Virus record (IMG/VR): IMGVR_UViG_3300005529_000024
Location: 64,001-128,000 of that record
DNA length: 64,000 nucleotides
Origin: a virus
Strand: one strand, 5' to 3'
The translations under genes were made by a program, and so were the position numbers. Shown here one piece after another: positions 26,297 through 36,751 of the stretch (position 1 is its first letter; each line of letters begins with the position of its first letter). A model generated the notes under the pieces. It ran no database searches. It was not told the DNA's origin and was given only the letters and a program-made list of their open reading frames with translations.

Positions 26297-27412
26297 GATC
26301 TTTATTATCATGCAGGCATTCAGATACTAGGCGTATTGCTCTATTTGTTGCCTCATTGAATATTGAATCTTCTGGTGTTTTCGGCCTTTGTATTTTTCCT
26401 GCTTCCAGAATGATTTTTAATCTAGACAGGGACTCTTTGCATTCATCACAGAATTTGAGATTCATCTTTTCCCCATTGGCTGAGTGTGGGTAGTTCATTT
26501 TGTCCCTATTTATTTAATTCTATTTCGAGTTGGGCGATTAATAGGTTGGGTACTTCACAATAAGCAGTATTGCCATTGCAGAGTACATATTTTGGTTTGT
26601 AGTAGTGGGGTTGTATATCGATCTTCATAGAGCATAGGTTACAATGCTCTCCTCCAGATTTATCTTTCTCCCAATAATCACAGAGCATATTTTTTCCTAT
26701 CGAGTAACTTAGATAATGCTTTCATTTTTACGTAGATCTTGGCGATGATATCTGGATCTTCGATACAATCTATGCAGCGAAATCTATTATGCATTACTTC
26801 AAATAGGATCTGATCGTGCCTATGGCATCCTTGACAAAACTTATTTCTTAATATCAGCAATCTTGAATTCTCCATTAAAGTAGGTAAAGATGTACGTACT
26901 AAGGGGGGTCTAAAGACCCCCCTCAAGCATAGCTTCATCTGTATTATTAAAGTCAAGGAATTTAGGACGTTTCTCTTCTATTTCCTCAACCTCATAATGG
27001 TAGTGAGCATTCGCTGGCACATTGTCAACAATTTTCTGAAGCAGTCCTGCGTTCTCACATACTGCCATGACTGTAGTGTTACCTTCTGAATCATAACGGA
27101 TGATACCATGCTTTTGCTTGTACATTATTTGGAGACCTCCACGTTCCCCTTATAGATATAGATGACAGTGGAATCTCCAGAGACCCTTTCAGCCACTTTG
27201 TACGGAGTGCCTTTCCATGCGCGGCGCAATCCGTAGACAACCGTGGAGGGCTTATACTTCTCAGGATCAATCTCCACAATTTTAGCTCTAAAGTCCGTGG
27301 CATCCTTAAGCTCCTCACGAAGCTCAGTAGCCAATTGCTTAATAAAGCTCTTACGGTTCTTTTTGACGGTTCGGATATCGCAATCTGCTTCCTTCACTTT
27401 GATTCCTTCCAT
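26289..27412 (-). other. Cluster of five small minus-strand hypothetical genes (26289-26498, 26506-26688, 26678-26956, 26910-27125, 27125-27412)
   Basis: Abutting or overlapping ORFs, several with Cys pairs; AGGAGG RBS before 27412. Confidence 0.55.
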
Positions 27413-27551
27413 GGCTGCTTCCTCCTTGTTGGGTTTAAGTTACTTTTTGTTTTTCTTTGTTTTGTACTTTCGGTTTTGTTCTTAGTGCAATCACTATGCC
27501 CACATTTAATCTGGGCATTTCGAGCAATCTAGGGTAGGGTTATATACCCAA

Positions 27552-27698
27552 TTGACAATATATCATACTTGTATGATGTTTCTCATTACGACACAACACG
27601 ACAAAATTGTCGCAAAACCGACAAAAACGATACAATCTTGTCGTGTTCTTGGTGATTGTCATTTGTTGCGTATCGATTAATCGGTTGATCCAGGTCAA
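27552..27698. repeat. Iteron/palindrome-rich divergent intergenic region (candidate origin or regulator-binding array)
   Basis: CGACA/TGTCG repeats, CGACAA-AA-TTGTCG palindrome, 10-bp inverted repeat AACACGACAA/TTGTCGTGTT, ATCATAC-TT-GTATGAT. Confidence 0.55.
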
Positions 27699-27711
27699 TT
27701 TCAATTTTCTT

Positions 27712-27741
27712 TACCCTACCTTTTTCTTTTTTGCGTCTTGC
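27712..27741 (+). promoter_or_regulatory. Phage-specific promoter-like motif, copy 2
   Basis: TACCCTACCTTTTTCTTTTTTGCGTCTTGC upstream of the replication operon. Confidence 0.7.
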
Positions 27742-27768
27742 ATATTAAAATTTCAAAAAAGGAGATGA

Positions 27769-28053
27769 ATGGTTACAACAGTTAAATGCGCCGGTTTCGA
27801 AGGTGAGTTCGACAGTCACCTTGTTATTCATGGTCCAGATCATGACGGAGATTTCACTATATCGCAAAGTCTCTCTAAAGAAGAATCGAAGAACGACATT
27901 AAATTTAGTGTCAAAGCTTGCATTGGCATTTCAGAAGCTGCCAGATTATATGAAGCTCTAGGTAAATATCTTGTGTCAAGACGAAAGCTTGATCCACACA
28001 CAGAGCAATCGAATAAGAAAAAACTCGATCTCAAAAAATACGTTGGGCTGTAA
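27769..28053 (+). CDS. Hypothetical protein
   Basis: AAGGAG RBS; first gene of the replication operon. Confidence 0.6.
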   Translation: MVTTVKCAGFEGEFDSHLVIHGPDHDGDFTISQSLSKEESKNDIKFSVKACIGISEAARLYEALGKYLVSRRKLDPHTEQSNKKKLDLKKYVGL

Positions 28054-28062
28054 AGGATCTAT

Positions 28063-28602
28063 ATGGGCGAATTACCTATCGAAGAATTACAGAAACTTTC
28101 TGCTATTAAGAATAAACTCCTCAATCCTGTTGTTGATGAACCTGATAATAACCTACCAGAAATTGTTTGTCAAGAGGAAAATAAGGATGAATGCGAAAAA
28201 GCTATATCTGAATATAAAGCCATAGCTGACACGCATAGATTTCGGTTTGCTCCAGATGGTTACGATGAAGGTATCGTGCATAATTTTGTGTTCGTAAAAT
28301 ATTATCCTCCATTTCGCAACAAAAGCATAATAAAGCTGTTGAGAGATTACTCTATATCGATTTGGCCCTGTGTTAATGTCCATATAGTCTCTGCTCCATT
28401 TTATTTTCGGTCGTATAATTCCTCATTTAAAAATTTCTACTCTGAGGATAGTAGGCTTGCTGAACTTTTTAAACAGGATCGTTTATTACCTGGTTCAAAT
28501 AGGATCATCCATAAAGGCATCTCATATTATTTATTGCTTCCAAAAGTACTGGTTTTAGGCATTCAATTTAAAGAAGTTCAGTGGCTCTTCATAAACGAGT
28601 GA
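28063..28602 (+). CDS. Hypothetical protein
   Basis: In the operon before the helicase; AAGGA RBS. Confidence 0.55.
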   Translation: MGELPIEELQKLSAIKNKLLNPVVDEPDNNLPEIVCQEENKDECEKAISEYKAIADTHRFRFAPDGYDEGIVHNFVFVKYYPPFRNKSIIKLLRDYSISIWPCVNVHIVSAPFYFRSYNSSFKNFYSEDSRLAELFKQDRLLPGSNRIIHKGISYYLLLPKVLVLGIQFKEVQWLFINE

Positions 28603-28609
28603 GAAAATC

Positions 28610-30097
28610 GTGCTAAAGATTGAAAAGCAAACAGTGTTTTGTTTTGTCAGCGGTGAGTTTAATCTAATAAAGTCGCTAGACAAGAAACTTACGCTACCTC
28701 TCAAACCTGAAGAGGTTAGCAACTTACGCTCTTCTCCAGCTTATGATCTGAGAGGAAACAGCGTATCCCTTCTAATCAGTCCAGATAATAGATTTTTAAC
28801 TGGATTGCTTCCCCATGTTGAGAAGATCTTAAAAGGTTTGGAAATCGATTATCAAGTAGTCGATTCATCCGAGCTTAAAAAAGAAACGTCATTCTCTATT
28901 GACTATATTCAAGGTCTCAGCAACAATATACTCCCTGGAATAACTCTTTATGACTATCAACTTTCTACAATAGTAAAATCTCTAATCAAGCTACGTGGTG
29001 TTGTATCTTCTCCTACTGGATCTGGTAAGACAGAAATTTTAGCCGCATTGTGTAAGCTCTTAACAGATCTTGGTAAACGTATTCTTATTGTTGTGAATAA
29101 GAAAGCTTTGATGACTCAGACTGTAAAGCGATTTAGATCTTACGGTCTTGATGCTGGATCAGTTGGGGATAACACTAAAGATGTTGATCATTCCATTGTT
29201 GTTGGTATTTCTAATTCTCTTTATAATGCTATCGCTAAAAAAGATAAAGCAGTATTCCCTGTAATCAGAGATTTTGATGTTCTACTCCTTGATGAGTGCC
29301 ATCATTCGCCTTGTGAAACTTGGTCGATAATCGGCATAAACAGTAATGCCAGTATTAAGATTGGGGTATCAGCTACACCTTTTTCTGATTTGAATAATCC
29401 TGATTTGAATGATCTCGTTCTTATGGGTTTAACCGGCGACATAATCTGTGATATCCCTATTCGTTATCTTTATGAGCATGGATATTTAGTTAAGCCTTAT
29501 ATTTATTTCCATAATATAAATAAGCCTAATCTATGGATGAGTAAAAATTCTCAATGGACTTATGTTTATAAAAAGGCTGTTACAGACAACGACTATCGTA
29601 ACACTGAGATTGTACGTTTAGCCGAAGAGTTATTTAATCATGATAGAAAAGTTTTAATCATGACTCGACAGGTTCAGCATGGTGAGTTGTTATTAGAAAA
29701 ATTAAAAGCTAAAAATTTATCTTGTGCTTTTTATCACGGTACAGGCACAGATGGTGATGAAGATGTAGAAGCAAAGTTATCCCATGCTTTTGATAATGGG
29801 AAGAACAATATCGTGATTGCAACGACAGGAATTGGTGCAGAGGGCGTTGACATACCAGTCATTGACGCTATGATCAATGCTGCGGGAGGCGCATCAAGGA
29901 AGATTGCTATACAGATGCTTGGCCGCTCGCTTCGTTTATACAAGGGGAAGAAGAATGCAGTATTTATAGATTTTTTTGACTTGACGCATTTTTATTTGAA
30001 AAACCATTCTAGACTCAGGCATGATCTATATTCAAGTGAAGGTCATCAAATCATAGGTTCATTATCTGAGTTTTGGAACAATTGGAACCAGTTATAA
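28610..30097 (+). CDS. SF2 DNA helicase (UvsW-like)
   Basis: SPTGSGKT, LLLDECHH, SATP, EGVDIP and QMLGRSLR motifs. Confidence 0.9.
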   Translation: MLKIEKQTVFCFVSGEFNLIKSLDKKLTLPLKPEEVSNLRSSPAYDLRGNSVSLLISPDNRFLTGLLPHVEKILKGLEIDYQVVDSSELKKETSFSIDYIQGLSNNILPGITLYDYQLSTIVKSLIKLRGVVSSPTGSGKTEILAALCKLLTDLGKRILIVVNKKALMTQTVKRFRSYGLDAGSVGDNTKDVDHSIVVGISNSLYNAIAKKDKAVFPVIRDFDVLLLDECHHSPCETWSIIGINSNASIKIGVSATPFSDLNNPDLNDLVLMGLTGDIICDIPIRYLYEHGYLVKPYIYFHNINKPNLWMSKNSQWTYVYKKAVTDNDYRNTEIVRLAEELFNHDRKVLIMTRQVQHGELLLEKLKAKNLSCAFYHGTGTDGDEDVEAKLSHAFDNGKNNIVIATTGIGAEGVDIPVIDAMINAAGGASRKIAIQMLGRSLRLYKGKKNAVFIDFFDLTHFYLKNHSRLRHDLYSSEGHQIIGSLSEFWNNWNQL

Positions 30098-30111
30098 AAA
30101 GGAAGGTATAA

Positions 30112-31437
30112 ATGCCGGATACATATTCTTATAGCGATACATTTCAGCTACAGCTTTTAGCGTGTATGGCTAAAGAGCCAACTTTTATCATGACACATAA
30201 GTCTTGTCTCTCACCATATTATTTTGAGAAAGACTATTTTATCACAGTGGCTAAGATCCTCACTGAGTATTATGAGAAGTATAAAAAGATTCCTACATTG
30301 GATACCGCTCGTGAGTATCTTAATACACAATTTCCAGCCACTCATTTCCCTGAAGCTGTATTAAACAAAACGCTGGAAACACTTGATATCGTCTATAAGA
30401 CGAACACAGATGAGTTGAAATATATCTCGGATGAGGTGTTAAAGTTTGGACAGCGCCAAGCTATTAAAATGGCGATGAGCAAATCTGTTGATCTGCTTCG
30501 TTCGAGTAATGATAGATTCAATCCAGAGAATCTAGAAAAGATTAAAGCTGAGTTTGAAAAGGCTCTACGTGTAGGCAGAACATTTTCTGAGATGGTGGAG
30601 TTCTCATCTATTGCTGATGCTCTACATCTCCACATTAAAGACTTTTTCCCTGATGCGACTAGAAGAACAGTGCCCACTCCATTCCCTTCTTTAAATGATG
30701 CAATGACCTTTAAAGGAATGAGGGCTGGTGAGCTAATCGAGATCATGGGTCATCCTGGATTTGGTAAGAGTACCTTTGCAACGAATTTCGGTGTTGCAGC
30801 AGCAATGGCAGGGTTTGAGGTTGATCTTATCTCTACAGAGTTGAACGTTAGTTCATATCTATTAAAGATTGCAGCTAGACTAACAGGCATGTCTCCTTCT
30901 GAGGTTCAGGGTAAATATCCTGCTTATCAGGAGCTTATTCAACGTTACCTGCAAGAGAACAAGATGAAGTTCCGCATCATGAAAGTTCCCATGTATCAGG
31001 CTACTGTTGATGAGATTAGATCTTATTTAGCTGCTCAGAGGTCTTTGTCAAACGCAAATACTGGCCTTCTAATTGTTGATTCTCCGGATCATATCCTGCC
31101 GCGTACCATGGCTACAGAGAAATCGAGAATGGATTTTGGACTTGTGTATGGGGATCTGAAGACTCTTGGTGAAGATTATAATTGTCCAATTGTGTTGACA
31201 ACGCAAGCAAATCGTTCTAGTATGGATAAAGAAACATTCGGTATTGAGGCTGATAGCGAGAGTTGGTATAAGCCAGCAATTTGCGACGTTGTGTTGACAA
31301 TCAATCGTTCAATCGAGGAAGATAAGCAGCAACGTGCTCGTTTATTCGTTGGTAAACTGCGTGAAGGTAAGGATAAGTTTACAATCCGATTGATGCTTAG
31401 AACTGACATTGCTACAGCGAAAGAGGCAACTGATTAG
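30112..31437 (+). CDS. Replicative helicase (DnaB / gp41-like)
   Basis: GHPGFGKS Walker A, STEL, LLIVD, TTQANR and KLREG motifs. Confidence 0.9.
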   Translation: MPDTYSYSDTFQLQLLACMAKEPTFIMTHKSCLSPYYFEKDYFITVAKILTEYYEKYKKIPTLDTAREYLNTQFPATHFPEAVLNKTLETLDIVYKTNTDELKYISDEVLKFGQRQAIKMAMSKSVDLLRSSNDRFNPENLEKIKAEFEKALRVGRTFSEMVEFSSIADALHLHIKDFFPDATRRTVPTPFPSLNDAMTFKGMRAGELIEIMGHPGFGKSTFATNFGVAAAMAGFEVDLISTELNVSSYLLKIAARLTGMSPSEVQGKYPAYQELIQRYLQENKMKFRIMKVPMYQATVDEIRSYLAAQRSLSNANTGLLIVDSPDHILPRTMATEKSRMDFGLVYGDLKTLGEDYNCPIVLTTQANRSSMDKETFGIEADSESWYKPAICDVVLTINRSIEEDKQQRARLFVGKLREGKDKFTIRLMLRTDIATAKEATD

Positions 31438-31446
31438 GAGGTTGGT

Positions 31447-32379
31447 TTGAGTTGTTCTGACTCCATTGTTTTATCGTCAGTGCTGGAGTATGTCAACTCC
31501 TCGCATCATAATGAAGAGCACATTTATAAATGCCCTTTTTGCGTAACAAAGATCGGTGAGGCCGATAGTAAGGGTAAGCTCTATGTAAACTTTGTCAAAA
31601 GTAAATTCCATTGTTTCAAGTGTAGTGAATCTGGTGAACTATCTAAACTCTATGCCCTTCTTGGGTTGAGTATAGATAATTCACCAGTTTCTGTTTTTAC
31701 GCAAAAGATTGATGAGTTCTTTCATCCTGTTTCCCAACATGAAGATATAATAGAATATGACATAAATCTGGATTTCGAGCATTTCGTTCCAATTGATCCT
31801 AGCGAAGATACCTTAGCCATGCGTTATTTAAGGGAGCGTGGCATCAGTGATCTGGATGTAGAGTTATACAGCATGTATTGGGGAAAGGGTCCTTATGCTG
31901 GTCGTATCATCATCCCAATTCTTGAGGATGGTGAGCCGGTTTATTTTGTCGCTAGGACCTATACTGATCGAACTCCTCGATATAGAAATCCTAAGATCCC
32001 TAAACCATTTGTCTTCAATCTGGATGCTGCCAAGAATTATAAGCACGTTATCTTGACTGAGGGTGTTATATCATCGATAGTCACTGGTCCTGATGCAGTC
32101 GCTATCCTTGGTAAAGAAATATTACCAGAGCAGGTTGATAAAATTTTAGCTTGCAATTTTGAGGAGATTACTGTAGCATTAGATCCAGATGCGACTAAGT
32201 ATGCTGACAAGATTGCTGATTTATTCTATAATACTGGTAAAAAAGTATCACGTATCATCTACCCAGATAAAAAGCGAGATCCAGCAGAATTGGGGCGTGA
32301 GTATATGCGTCAACTTATTAATAACCGTTTGGGGCATAAATCCTATGAATATATGGCCGCAATAATAAGCCGCCTTTAA
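31447..32379 (+). CDS. DNA primase (Zn finger plus TOPRIM)
   Basis: CPFC...FHCFKC, YLRERGI, RIIIP, LTEG, ALDPDA, DPAEL. Confidence 0.9.
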   Translation: MSCSDSIVLSSVLEYVNSSHHNEEHIYKCPFCVTKIGEADSKGKLYVNFVKSKFHCFKCSESGELSKLYALLGLSIDNSPVSVFTQKIDEFFHPVSQHEDIIEYDINLDFEHFVPIDPSEDTLAMRYLRERGISDLDVELYSMYWGKGPYAGRIIIPILEDGEPVYFVARTYTDRTPRYRNPKIPKPFVFNLDAAKNYKHVILTEGVISSIVTGPDAVAILGKEILPEQVDKILACNFEEITVALDPDATKYADKIADLFYNTGKKVSRIIYPDKKRDPAELGREYMRQLINNRLGHKSYEYMAAIISRL

Positions 32380-32386
32380 AAAGTTC

Positions 32387-32415
32387 TTGACAAATTGCAA
32401 TGTTAGTTGTATAAT
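32387..32415 (+). promoter_or_regulatory. Sigma70-type promoter
   Basis: TTGACA-17 bp-TATAAT. Confidence 0.85.
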
Positions 32416-32443
32416 TTAGTCAACACTAAAGGGAGAAACGCTT

Positions 32444-32725
32444 ATGATTAAGCGTCAGCAGTATTTCAGAATCGGCAAGTATGCAGAACATATTCACAAG
32501 GGGTTTCTTACCGTGCCGGATCTTTTGACCGATGTTGACTTTATTGCTCTTGATAACGTAACAAAAGCTCAATTGCTCTCCATTTGGATGCTTTTATCCA
32601 GCAAAAATAATGACTTCGAGAAACTTCCTTACGACAGTATCACGGTCAAAAAGCTTATCTCTTCTAACCGAAAGGTTAATTTGAGAAAGCTTCTTGATCG
32701 TGGTTTTATTTCTCTAATTAAGTAG
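32444..32725 (+). CDS. Small protein resembling the N-terminal winged-helix domain of phage replication-initiator proteins
   Basis: DLLTDVDFIALD..TKAQLLSIWML...LP.D...NLRKLLDRGFI pattern, recognised by eye. Confidence 0.45.
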   Translation: MIKRQQYFRIGKYAEHIHKGFLTVPDLLTDVDFIALDNVTKAQLLSIWMLLSSKNNDFEKLPYDSITVKKLISSNRKVNLRKLLDRGFISLIK

Positions 32726-32742
32726 ATTGGCTTAGGAATAGA

Positions 32743-33474
32743 ATGGATCAGCAAGAGGTTCGATTTAACGAAGCTTTGAATAAGTTTCGTGGCTTTTTTC
32801 GGTTTCTTGGTCGTAAATATGAAATTATTCCTGCACTTGAACGTGAAGATATTGAGCAAATTTGTGCAGAGAAGTTATTCAAGATTGTATCTGAGTGCGA
32901 TTGGGATATAAACTCCATTGCATTTACAGCTTACGTTAAAGACTCAGCTAAAAATGTGGTTTTCAGTGCGATGAGATATCACTCTTCATATAAGCGGTCA
33001 CACAATAAAGAGGTACATGATATCACAGAATCGCGTGGTAATAATGACGAGCCGAGTACTATATCTGTGTTCGACATTCTGTCAGATAAGGCTCAAGAGA
33101 ATCCTGAAAATATAACCACATATGAGGATTTAAAAGAGAAGATCTGTTCTGTGTTAACAGAGGAAGAGAGATCATTATTTTATGAGATCGATCAATCAGA
33201 TACTTCTCGTGCTTGGTCATTGCTGAGTACTAAATATGCCAATAGCTGGCCCCGTCCTACTAACGCTATTTATGCTGAAGCTCTTGGAATTACACTTGGT
33301 CATTTAAAGTCAATTAAAAAGTCAATGAGAAACAAAATTATGGCGTTGTTTTTATCCTGTCCTTATTGTGGCTCTAATAATATCGCTAAATATAAACGAC
33401 AGGATGATAAATGGTTATATGCCTGTGCTAACAAATCTTGTGAAGATAAAGTTTTTACCCCATTATTTTTATAG
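32743..33474 (+). CDS. Sigma70/ECF-like factor with a C-terminal Zn ribbon
   Basis: LEREDIEQ...FTAYVKDSAKNVV region-2-like segment; HTH (YAEALGIT); CPYC...CANKSC. Confidence 0.7.
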   Translation: MDQQEVRFNEALNKFRGFFRFLGRKYEIIPALEREDIEQICAEKLFKIVSECDWDINSIAFTAYVKDSAKNVVFSAMRYHSSYKRSHNKEVHDITESRGNNDEPSTISVFDILSDKAQENPENITTYEDLKEKICSVLTEEERSLFYEIDQSDTSRAWSLLSTKYANSWPRPTNAIYAEALGITLGHLKSIKKSMRNKIMALFLSCPYCGSNNIAKYKRQDDKWLYACANKSCEDKVFTPLFL

Positions 33475-33479
33475 GAGTA

Positions 33480-33887
33480 TTGATGTATTATCGTAAGGCT
33501 CATAAGGATAAGAAAACCAACAAATGGCTTTATTGTGAAACATACCGTGAACCAGGTGCTACCAAATCGCGTTACCCAATAGGCTATTGTGCGGATCATT
33601 CTAATGATGGGCACGATACAAAATTAGATGCAGAGAAGTGCTGGCATAACTATCTTGTAGATCTGTATACTATTAACTCGTTTCCTTCTTTGAAAGATTG
33701 TTTAATTTGCAAGGAAATTTATTCAATAAAAAGAGTGGCTGAACGTGCAATATCTTTCGCAGGTTATGTTTTTCCAATCTGCGCCGAGCACATGACAAAG
33801 GAGTATGTTTCCAAGCACATAATCCTATTCTGTCCTAATATTATTGAATTGTCTTATTTATCTAGGAGTCCACAGGCTATTAAATAG
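33480..33887 (+). CDS. Hypothetical Cys/His-rich protein
   Basis: AGGAG RBS; GYC..H..GH..C, CLIC and C.EH motifs. Confidence 0.55.
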   Translation: MMYYRKAHKDKKTNKWLYCETYREPGATKSRYPIGYCADHSNDGHDTKLDAEKCWHNYLVDLYTINSFPSLKDCLICKEIYSIKRVAERAISFAGYVFPICAEHMTKEYVSKHIILFCPNIIELSYLSRSPQAIK

Positions 33888-34043
33888 CAGGAGGCAAAAT
33901 GACACAGGAAGAGAAAGATTTTTTGACAAGGCTTGCTACTGTTATAGAGAATGTAGAGAGCTTAAAGCTGCGTGTCAGCAATATTCGCTCAGAATTGGAC
34001 GAACTCAAGGTCTTTTTTGAGACGGCAAAACAAAGGCTAGGAG

Positions 34044-34646
34044 TTGACAATGAAGATAAATGAGTATCTCAAAGAAAAGGAAAAAAACTTTGTAAACGTA
34101 TTGCCGAAGACTTTTACTCGTGACTTAGAGGGTAATGATGTTGTGCAGAGTGGATATTTGATTCCTTTCGATGATTATTTTGTCATTGTAAAGCTACCTG
34201 AGTTTGAAACTGATGAATCAATCACAGAGTTTGCTTTCCCCTATAGTAACATCTGTAATCTATCTATTGCTCCCGATTGTCCCTGTCCTAATTGTATACG
34301 CGATGATGCGGAGTTCGAAGAATTCTACTTGACATATAATAAGTCTAGGCGCACATTCAAACAATATTGTGAATCTCTTCAGACTTCTTATGTTGGGTTG
34401 ATGACTACTGATCTTCATGTTAGTACTGAAGGTAAGCCATATGTCTATATTGGTACTCTAATCGTTCATGAAGATTTTGTGGTTTTCAGAAATATCGCTG
34501 GCGAGGAAAAGTTGTATCCATTCGAATCTATTTTGTCGATTACCCCGATTAAATATGATTTAATTCGTGACAGGATTGAGTTTTTTGAGAAGCGATCAGC
34601 TACACAACCCGATATACAATCATATGGAGAGAACAATGCCGATTAA
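34044..34646 (+). CDS. Tandem Sm/Hfq-like domain protein (putative)
   Basis: Two internal repeats, SGYLIPFDDYFVIVK...FPYSNICNL and IGTLIVHEDFVVFR...YPFESILSI, resembling Sm1/Sm2. Confidence 0.45.
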   Translation: MTMKINEYLKEKEKNFVNVLPKTFTRDLEGNDVVQSGYLIPFDDYFVIVKLPEFETDESITEFAFPYSNICNLSIAPDCPCPNCIRDDAEFEEFYLTYNKSRRTFKQYCESLQTSYVGLMTTDLHVSTEGKPYVYIGTLIVHEDFVVFRNIAGEEKLYPFESILSITPIKYDLIRDRIEFFEKRSATQPDIQSYGENNAD

Positions 34647-35820
34647 ACAAGAAATCACAAGTGGTAGAGTTCCCGTAAAAATATGGACAGATGCTGTTGA
34701 ATCTGAGGCTTACGGACAGCTTAAGAATGTGGCTAATCTACCGTTCGTCTTCCATCACGTGGCTGTGATGCCAGATTGCCATGTTGGGAAGGGCGCTGTA
34801 GTTGGATCTGTTGTCCCTACGGAAAATGCTATCTGTCCGGCTACTGTTGGTGTCGATATCGGTTGCGGGATGATTGCAGCGAAACTTGTTGGATTGTCAG
34901 CTAAAGATTTCTCTGATGATAAAGTTCTGCGTGAGATTCGTTTAGAGATTGAGAAGAATGTTCCTGTAGGATTTGACCGTCATGATAAGGCGAGCCAAGC
35001 TGCATGGAATTGGGATGGATGGAGAACTTTTTCTACCCTCACTGAAGGTGTTCAAGATCTTAAAGATAAAGCTATGAAGCAGTTAGGGACTCTTGGTGGA
35101 GGAAACCATTTTATTGAACTGTGCCTTGATCGTAATAATGATGCATGGGTTGTTCTCCATTCTGGATCTCGCAATATCGGTAAATCAGTTACTGAGGTGC
35201 ATATCAATAAGGCAAAGGGACTTATACAGGAGTTAGCAATCCATCTTCCTGATAAAGATCTTGCTTATTTTACAAGTGGTACGCCCGAATTTTCTGCCTA
35301 TTTGAACGATCTGTTTTGGGCACAGAATTATGCGCTGATGAACCGTGAGCTTATGCTGAAGAGCGTTTTATCATCGTTGGTTTCTGCGTTGCATCTTCCT
35401 TATCTCTATTTGGAGAACCGCATCAATTGTCACCATAATTATGTGGCTACGGAAGAGCATTTCGGTAAGTCTATCCTAATTACACGCAAAGGAGCTATTC
35501 GGGCTAAAGCTGGAGATCTGGGAGTTATTCCTGGATCGATGGGCACTAAATCTTATATCGTTAAGGGATTAGGTAATCCTGAATCGTTCGATTCTTGTTC
35601 CCATGGTGCTGGTCGTAGGATGAGCCGTGGCGCTGCAAAGAAAGTGTTTACTGTTCAAGACTTGGAAGCACAGACGGCTGGTGTCGAATGCCGAAAGGAT
35701 TCTGGAGTGATCGATGAGATTCCTGGTGCTTACAAGGATATCGATGAGGTCATGACTAATCAAGCTGATCTTGTTGAGGTTTGTTACGAGTTGAAGCAGT
35801 TTCTGTGCGTAAAGGGTTAA
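34636..35820 (+). CDS. rtcB: RNA ligase RtcB
   Basis: MPDCHVG, VGVDIGCGM, GTLGGGNHFIE, HSGSR, CHHNY, IPGSMG, SCSHGAGR, EIPGAYK; start reassigned to ATG 34636 after GGAGAG. Confidence 0.95.
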   Translation: MPIKQEITSGRVPVKIWTDAVESEAYGQLKNVANLPFVFHHVAVMPDCHVGKGAVVGSVVPTENAICPATVGVDIGCGMIAAKLVGLSAKDFSDDKVLREIRLEIEKNVPVGFDRHDKASQAAWNWDGWRTFSTLTEGVQDLKDKAMKQLGTLGGGNHFIELCLDRNNDAWVVLHSGSRNIGKSVTEVHINKAKGLIQELAIHLPDKDLAYFTSGTPEFSAYLNDLFWAQNYALMNRELMLKSVLSSLVSALHLPYLYLENRINCHHNYVATEEHFGKSILITRKGAIRAKAGDLGVIPGSMGTKSYIVKGLGNPESFDSCSHGAGRRMSRGAAKKVFTVQDLEAQTAGVECRKDSGVIDEIPGAYKDIDEVMTNQADLVEVCYELKQFLCVKG

Positions 35821-35822
35821 TT

Positions 35823-36751
35823 GTGCGTTGCGATGGTAGAAATCATAATCTGACTGCCATATACCATGACTCTGTTGGATATGACTGTGTTCATGTTGTG
35901 CGCTGGTGTACTAGATGTGGCGCTGTAGTTATCGATCTTGATACAGATGGTAGGGTTGATCCTGGCGCTATTGCAAAGATGTTATTCCCTTCGGATATTT
36001 ATGGAGGTGAAAAATGAGCCTTAAAGATCTTATTACTTCCCTCGAAATTCTCTCGAAGTATATGATAGATGAGCTTGAATCAAAAAAGTCTGTCTATCCT
36101 GTGGAGGGCATTATATACGTTTTTATTAACACTCCTATTGATAAAAACGATGATTATTACAAGCTTGTAAACTCAGAATGGGCTAACGTTGACACGTTCT
36201 GTTGGATGATTGAGCTATGAAGACACATTGGTTATATGGTTTCGGGCCAAACAAGGAAGTCAAACTCAACGTTGAGATTGATGAAGAAACAAAATGTTCA
36301 GACTGCATTCACGTTCAAGTTTGTGATTTTAATATGCGCTGGCGTTGTTCTAACTATACGTTTGGTACTTCCGAGTATTCCCTCAGTAGTTGCCAATCCT
36401 GCATAAATAGATTTACCAGGTTTGATAAGGATAAGGTCCCTTGCTTTGTCTGTCCATTTTTTGTTAAGCGGCCAGATGATTTTAAGCTAATAGAGATTAA
36501 AAGAGATTAAGTAATAAGAAAGGATTTGTATGGAAACAGATGGTTTTACATTCCAGAATTTAAGAACAAAAGAAACTCTTCCTTTGGATAAATTTGGTCC
36601 AATGAAGGAAGAATTCTGGAACAAGCTCGTTACAGCTATGAAAATGATGTATGCGCTTAATGTGCCTTTTAAGGTTGAGTTTCAAGGCACGAAAGATCCA
36701 GATTTTGATTCAAGTGATTTCGATCCATATTCCGAGATAGAGGAATTTTAA
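35823..36751 (+). other. Four small hypothetical genes between rtcB and the polymerase
   Basis: Coupled ORFs ending at 36017, 36220, 36510 and 36751; two are Cys-rich. Confidence 0.5.

Noticed and set aside
27510-27542. Fifth, minus-strand copy of the phage promoter motif
   Set aside because: Only the ACCCTACC half matches; the GCGTCTTG half is absent.
27552-27577. Sigma70 promoter TTGACA...TATGAT
   Set aside because: The spacer is only 14 bp; it is better explained as part of the palindrome array.
23400-33500. Lysogeny module / prophage boundaries
   Set aside because: No integrase, recognisable repressor or flanking host genes in the window.
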